Below, piece by piece: positions 33,798 through 38,588 of a stretch of DNA of 38,588 nt. This DNA is from an uncultured Syntrophaceae bacterium (lineage in GTDB: Bacteria; Desulfobacterota; Syntrophia; Syntrophales; UBA2210), in assembly GCA_964603235.1 (NCBI GenBank), contig CAZRUU010000001.1, positions 1-38,588 on the forward strand, given 5' to 3'. Under the pieces are notes generated by a model. It saw only the letters and a program-made list of their open reading frames with translations. It searched no databases and was not told where the DNA came from. How positions within the stretch are numbered: position 1 is the first letter of the stretch; each line of letters starts with the position of its first letter. The translations under genes and the position numbers were made by a program.

Positions 33798-35848
33798 TAC
33801 TGATTGACCTCCCTGTCTATGGGAGCAGAAAATGTTATTTCGGTTCCCATGCCTTCCCTGCTCTTTATATTGAAGAATGAACCCAGCATCCTCGAGCGTT
33901 CCTGCATGGCTGCCAAACCAATCCCTTCTCTTGATGAATATTTACCGGAACGTTTCTTGGTCTTAAAGCCCTTTCCGTTGTCTTTTACCGTAAAGAAGAT
34001 CGATCCACCGATATTTTTTATAATGACGGATACGCGGCTTGCCTCGGCGTGTTTCTCAATATTCGTGAGGATTTCCTGAAAGACCCTGTAAATAATAATC
34101 TGCTTCTCGGAAGAGAAAAAGTCATCGATCTCTTCGATATCAATGTCCGCATCGATAGTACAATATTTCATGAAGTCGTCAACGAGTCGCTGTATTGCCG
34201 CTGAGAGCCCGATGTCTTCGAGTATCGAGGGGCTGAGGTCATGCGAAAGCCTCCGCACGTTTTCGATAACAGAGCGAATATACGCGAGCATCTCGTCGCA
34301 TTCCGTTATTAATTTTGTCTGGTCCCCGCTTAGGTTTCTTCTTATGAAGCTGATCTGCATTTTTAACAGAGACAGGGACTGTCCGAGATCATCGTGAAGT
34401 TCGTAAGAAAGCTTTCTTCTCTCCTTTTCCTGAGCCGTAAGGATATGTGATGAGAGGACGCGCAGTTCGTTTCTGGAATCTATAAGGGCGTCTTCTGTTT
34501 TTTTATGTTCATCAATTTCCGTCAGCAACTGGACGTTCGCCTTTGACAGATCGGTCGTCCTTTCCTTTACCCGCTTTTCCAGTTCACGATGAGCTTCCTG
34601 AAGGACCATCTCACTTTTCTTACGTTCGATGATATCCCTGGCGACGCATACTATTCCCTGAATATCACCTCCGTCTTGCTTCATCACCGCACCTGAAAAG
34701 AGAACGGGTATCCTTTTCCCATCCTTTGTGAGATAGGTCTTCTCCATATTGACGACGGCATCCGTTGACACCAGTTTGCTAATTACCGAATCACCCGTTG
34801 ACGCCTCTTCCGGGATTATTTCCTGTATCGATTTCCCGACGAGTTCATCTCGTTCATATCCAAGAAGATTGAGTGCTGATTGATTGACCTTTATGATTTT
34901 TCCATCAGGATCGATAACAATGAGAGTGTCGAGCATGGACTTGATTATATTATCCACGTATGATTTTGAGACAGTAGTCCTGCTCAGATTATGTGCCATC
35001 TCATTAAACGCGTTTCCCAGTACACCAACTTCACCCGAGGAGGTGATATCTATCTGGGTATCCAGTTGCCCTCGGCCTATATCAAGCGCCGCTGTGGCCA
35101 GTCTGTTTATGGGTCTTGAAACGGATCGGGAAATCCAGTATCCCATAATGACCACGGTAAATATTGTGCCCATGGTCAAGAGGATTATCATGATTGTGGC
35201 ATTGGGAATGGATTCATCTATGATTTTTGAGAGGTGTACCTCCATCTCCTCCATGGTTTTTTCCCTATATCTGTTGATGACGGGATATATGTTCTTTCTG
35301 TAATGTGGCTCAAGGGTTTTTCTGAAAAAATCATAGGCCTGGTTCGGCACTTTATCTGAAAGATTGATAAAGTGCGACAGGTACTTCCAATGGTAATAGA
35401 AATCTCGTTTGCGGAGGCTGACCCATTTCTGGAGGTCTTCATCACTAATATTGTCAATATAGTCGGGTCTGCGGATGTCTCCTTCCCCTACCGGTGACAT
35501 GTCGGTCAGGTTCGGTTCTATGGTGGCTGAAAGAAAATGTTCCAGTCTCTGCACATTCGATTTGATATTCTTTTGTTCCCGGTCAAAAACATCCCTGTGC
35601 TGGCTCTTGTCCGGAAATGTGTATATGATTCTGTATTTCTTGTTTACCAGGTCCTGAACGGATTCCTGACATCTTTCCATAACGAGAAGTACTTCGTCCG
35701 ACGCCCCCGACTCAACGAGTGAATATTTATCCAGTTTTACAACCTTGAGTTTGATGTCGTTGTATATCTTAATATAGAGACAGCCGGCACAGATTATCAT
35801 TACGGACATAATCAAATATCCGAGCATTAATTTATGACTTATTTTCAT
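33797..35848 (-). CDS. Sensor histidine kinase (2 TM + periplasmic domain, HAMP, PAS, HisKA_3, HATPase_c)
   Basis: 683 aa. H-box SYELHDDLGQSLS, N-box EILTNIEKHA, G-boxes KDNGKGF and GIGLAAMQER. PAS-like LIVIDPDGKIIKVNQSALNLLGYERDELVGKSIQEI. Confidence 0.9.
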   Translation of the reverse strand: MKISHKLMLGYLIMSVMIICAGCLYIKIYNDIKLKVVKLDKYSLVESGASDEVLLVMERCQESVQDLVNKKYRIIYTFPDKSQHRDVFDREQKNIKSNVQRLEHFLSATIEPNLTDMSPVGEGDIRRPDYIDNISDEDLQKWVSLRKRDFYYHWKYLSHFINLSDKVPNQAYDFFRKTLEPHYRKNIYPVINRYREKTMEEMEVHLSKIIDESIPNATIMIILLTMGTIFTVVIMGYWISRSVSRPINRLATAALDIGRGQLDTQIDITSSGEVGVLGNAFNEMAHNLSRTTVSKSYVDNIIKSMLDTLIVIDPDGKIIKVNQSALNLLGYERDELVGKSIQEIIPEEASTGDSVISKLVSTDAVVNMEKTYLTKDGKRIPVLFSGAVMKQDGGDIQGIVCVARDIIERKKSEMVLQEAHRELEKRVKERTTDLSKANVQLLTEIDEHKKTEDALIDSRNELRVLSSHILTAQEKERRKLSYELHDDLGQSLSLLKMQISFIRRNLSGDQTKLITECDEMLAYIRSVIENVRRLSHDLSPSILEDIGLSAAIQRLVDDFMKYCTIDADIDIEEIDDFFSSEKQIIIYRVFQEILTNIEKHAEASRVSVIIKNIGGSIFFTVKDNGKGFKTKKRSGKYSSREGIGLAAMQERSRMLGSFFNIKSREGMGTEITFSAPIDREVNQ

Positions 35849-36330
35849 ACCGCCACGCTTTGCCTGAAAATATGTACCGCTCTTTTTTTACTTTTTCACA
35901 GCATCCCGCACAATTGACCATCTAAAACCTGGTTTAACGAACTACCCCGCCGCAAGCAGCAGGGTATCTATAAAAGCAATGAACGCCCCAAGGAGCGGGG
36001 AATATAATCCTGCTGTGATTTAAATATCGCAAACGTCTCCATTTATCTAATACATTTTTGCTGAAACCACAAGATACGGTTTTCCAGGAAAGGTATGAAA
36101 AGCTATTCTGTAAATTTTCATTGTAAACTGACCCGGTTTTTTCATGATAATTGACACTATCCAGCTGGGAATCACATAGAAAATGAGATATTACTTGTCA
36201 TGAGATTTTTAGTTTGATATTAGAGGGCAAATTGAAGTTGGGATTTTTTGTATGCTGGTTATCGGTGGATTCGGCCTTCTGGATTTAATTCACCCCGCTT
36301 AACCTGATCAGGATCAAGTGGTTAATATAT

Positions 36331-37380
36331 ATGGAAACTTTTCGCTGGCTGTGGGACGGGGGTGCGCTTAACAATCTAATGGCGGGGGCCCCCACCCTTC
36401 TCCTTCTGGTTTTAATCATCATCTGCATAGTGATCCTTTCCAAAGGCGCTGACTGGATGGTGGACGGCGTTGTCGGATTGGCAACGCGAACCGGCCTTCC
36501 CAAAATCGTAATTGGCGCGACCATCATTTCTCTCGGCACCACGATGCCGGAAGCTTTTGTGTCCGTCATGGCAGCATGGATGGGAAATCCGGGACTTGCT
36601 CTGGGCAATGGCGTCGGTTCTATCATTGCCGACACCGGTTTGATCCTCGGCCTTTCCTGCATACTGGCGCCCATTCCGGTAAATCGATTTATCCTCAACA
36701 GGACAGGCTGGGTACAGGTGGGAGCTGCCACGCTGCTTGTCATTATCTCCATCTACGCCCTCGCTTCAACGGCGGGGGAACCGGTGCTGCATCGATCGGT
36801 GGGGATCTTCTTCCTGATACTCCTCGCGGTTTATATGTACATGACCTACCGGTGGTCCAGACAGGACCCGGCCTCGATCGAAGAAAACCAGAGTGATGAG
36901 AAAATTGCCAATACAGGCACCTGCCTGGGAATGGTTGCCGGAGGGTTGTTTCTGATAATTGCCGGGGCACGTTTACTGGTCCCGGGGGCGGCTCAAATCG
37001 CGCTGCGAATCGGCGTACCCGATGATGTCATAGCCGCCACTATGGTTGCTCTGGGCACTTCATTACCGGAGCTTATGACAGCCCTGGCATCCATCCGAAA
37101 GGGTCACCCGGAGATCATGGTCGGGAATATCGTGGGGGCCGATGTGCTCAACTGTCTTTTCGTCATAGGGGCCGCGTCAGCGGTTCGGCCACTGTCCATA
37201 CCGCCGAACTTCTTCGCATTCCATTTTCCCGCCATGCTCATCATTCTTTACTCATTCAGGACCTTTATCTTTATGAACAAAGGAGGATGGTTCAAAAAAT
37301 GGCAGGGGGTATGGTTGCTGGGTGTGTATGTGATCTACATAGTACTCCAGTATGCCTTCAACATCGAGATGCTCGGATAG
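36331..37380 (+). CDS. CaCA-family cation/Ca2+ antiporter (YrbG-like)
   Basis: 349 aa. Alpha-repeat motifs GTTMPEAFVSVMAA and GTSLPELMTALASIRKGHPEIMVGNIVGADVLN. Confidence 0.85.
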   Translation: METFRWLWDGGALNNLMAGAPTLLLLVLIIICIVILSKGADWMVDGVVGLATRTGLPKIVIGATIISLGTTMPEAFVSVMAAWMGNPGLALGNGVGSIIADTGLILGLSCILAPIPVNRFILNRTGWVQVGAATLLVIISIYALASTAGEPVLHRSVGIFFLILLAVYMYMTYRWSRQDPASIEENQSDEKIANTGTCLGMVAGGLFLIIAGARLLVPGAAQIALRIGVPDDVIAATMVALGTSLPELMTALASIRKGHPEIMVGNIVGADVLNCLFVIGAASAVRPLSIPPNFFAFHFPAMLIILYSFRTFIFMNKGGWFKKWQGVWLLGVYVIYIVLQYAFNIEMLG

Positions 37381-37491
37381 TATCCAGCCTTACAGCATGA
37401 CCATTCCTTCATACATACTTTTCGTGAAGGATTTCATCTAATCCTTCACGATCCATCTTTACCTCAAGGGATAGATAATCCATAATATCCT

Positions 37492-38166
37492 GTGCAGTTA
37501 TGCCGTCTTCGCTTTCATATTCCGTGGCGAGGTCACCCGAGACTCCATGAGCGAATAATGTCGGAACGGGAACTTGCCGCAGCTTTCGACGTCAGCCACA
37601 CTTCGGTAAGGGAGACACTCAACAGGCTCACAGCTATGGGATTCCTCGAACAGAAGCAGGGACGTGGCACCTTTGTCTCCCTCCCCGCACCCGAGGAAAA
37701 AAATGCGCTCGTTGTAGCAATGAAAGGGAAAGCTCTGCCCATCCAAGATCTGTTTGAGGTACGGATTGGGCTTGAATGTAACGCAACCTATCTCGCCGCT
37801 GAGAGGGCAACCGAAAAAGACATTTACCTCCTGGAACAGAGCATAACGACACTGAAACAATCAACTGAAGAGGGGATAATGAATGCGGAAGCAGATGTGT
37901 CTTTCCACATGGCAATCGCATATGTCACGAACAACTCGCTCCATATCCAGATAATGAGGGATTTATACGATTACCTTTCGATCGGAATCAAGGAAAATTA
38001 ATACCATCTGCTCGAAGGATCCAACGAAATGAAAGAGATTGTCAAGCAGCACGCTCGGATTGCTGCTCTGATAAAAAAACGCGATCGGGAACATGCGTTT
38101 CGAGCCATGTACAATCATCTCCGTTTTGTCCGGGATTTTGTCAAGGACAAAAAAAGCATTGCATAG
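37492..38166 (+). pseudogene. GntR-family (FadR/FCD subfamily) regulator with in-frame TAA and defective N-terminus
   Basis: HTH SERELAAAFDVSHTSVRETLNRLTAMGFLEQKQGRGTFV and the FCD start EVRIGLECNATYLAAERAT. A TAA at 37999-38001 is followed in the same frame by the rest of an FCD domain (YHLLEGSNEMKEIVKQHARIAALIKKRDREHAFRAMYNHLRFV...), ending at TAG 38164-38166. Confidence 0.65.
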
Positions 38167-38191
38167 CACCCATACCTACTGGCCAGTACCT

Positions 38192-38588
38192 CTACGGGGT
38201 CATACCGTAGCGAACCACGGCGTTTTCGTAAAGATCTTCCCCTCTTGTGTTGTTTATAACAATCAGAGGGAAATCTTTTATTTCAAGGCGCATGATTGAT
38301 TCAGGCCCAAGATCCTCATAGGCAATAATGTCGGCTTTCTTTATACATCCAGCCATCAGGGCGGCAATTCCTCCCATAGCTCCGAAATACACGGCCTTAT
38401 ATTTCATGATGGCAGTTCTGCCCTCGGCAGAACGTTTCCCCTTTCCTATCATTCCCTTGATTCCCGCCTCCATCAGCATGGGGGCGAACGCGTCCATCCG
38501 GTAACTGGTCGTCGGCCCTATGGAGCCTATGATCCGACCGGGGCCCGGCGGTGTGGGGGCCGCGTAAAAGATCGTCTCGCCGTCGAGT
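38192..38588 (-). CDS. Class-I (Fe-S) fumarate hydratase/tartrate dehydratase beta subunit, 5'-partial at the window edge
   Basis: The frame is open to the window end. ...GPGRIIGSIGPTTSYRMDAFAPMLMEAGIKGMIGKGKRS contains the GPTTSxRMD and KGKR hallmarks of the hydrolyase beta/C-terminal domain. Confidence 0.8.
   Translation of the reverse strand, partial: LDGETIFYAAPTPPGPGRIIGSIGPTTSYRMDAFAPMLMEAGIKGMIGKGKRSAEGRTAIMKYKAVYFGAMGGIAALMAGCIKKADIIAYEDLGPESIMRLEIKDFPLIVINNTRGEDLYENAVVRYGMTP

Noticed and set aside
1-38588. Search for CRISPR arrays, tRNA or rRNA genes, transposases, integrases, toxin-antitoxin pairs or defence systems
   Set aside because: I saw no regularly spaced direct repeats, no tRNA-like T-arm (GGTTCGAATCC-type) sequences, and no ORFs with recombinase, nuclease or defence-type motifs. 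The only mobile-like sequences are the short REP-like elements.

Overview
All homology calls were made by eye from motifs, with no searches run. The 38.6-kb window is almost wholly coding and looks like a catabolic and transport island for small amino-organophosphonate or sulfonate-type compounds. The REP-like repeats and AT-rich sigma70-type promoters suggest an anaerobe-like, possibly deltaproteobacterial, genome; this is inference only.

**Module A (88-7069, minus strand).** A three-gene ABC importer comprises a solute-binding protein, a fused double permease and an ATPase. This is the architecture of Fe3+ and second-type 2-aminoethylphosphonate (AEP) transporters. It is followed by a saccharopine-dehydrogenase-family enzyme and a class-III PLP enzyme of the dialkylglycine-decarboxylase/PbfA-like subgroup.

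**Module B (about 7600-15800).** This stretch is visibly more AT-rich. It holds an RpiR/SIS regulator divergent from a TAXI-TRAP transporter, a small exported protein and an M20 amidohydrolase. Gene relics and REP-like repeats bracket it.

**Module C (15802-35848).**
- It opens with a second class-III PLP paralog on the plus strand.
- A long minus-strand array follows:
  - a NarL-type two-component system and an orphan PhnD-like binding protein;
  - a DctPQM TRAP transporter;
  - a Zn-alcohol dehydrogenase and an EamA transporter;
  - two tandem citrate-synthase-fold (citryl-CoA-lyase-like) paralogs;
  - an AdhE/EutE/SauS-type CoA-acylating aldehyde dehydrogenase;
  - a HAD phosphatase and a GlpT/UhpT-like MFS antiporter;
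  - PhnW (AEP:pyruvate transaminase) and alanine dehydrogenase.

**Right end.** A CaCA antiporter, a decayed GntR/FCD regulator and a partial class-I fumarate hydratase beta subunit.

**Main hypothesis.** The locus has the entry steps of aminophosphonate catabolism but none of the known C-P or C-S cleaving enzymes. In their place sit the acylating aldehyde dehydrogenase and a heteromeric citrate-synthase-fold enzyme with non-canonical catalytic residues. This suggests an undescribed CoA-dependent cleavage route.

**Other observations.**
- A 22-nt promoter module shared by two operons.
- A perfect 24-bp tandem duplication in a 5' leader.
- A G9 tract splitting an exported protein.
- A NarL-heptamer inverted repeat.
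- Several pseudogene relics.

No tRNA, rRNA, CRISPR array, transposase or integrase was recognised.
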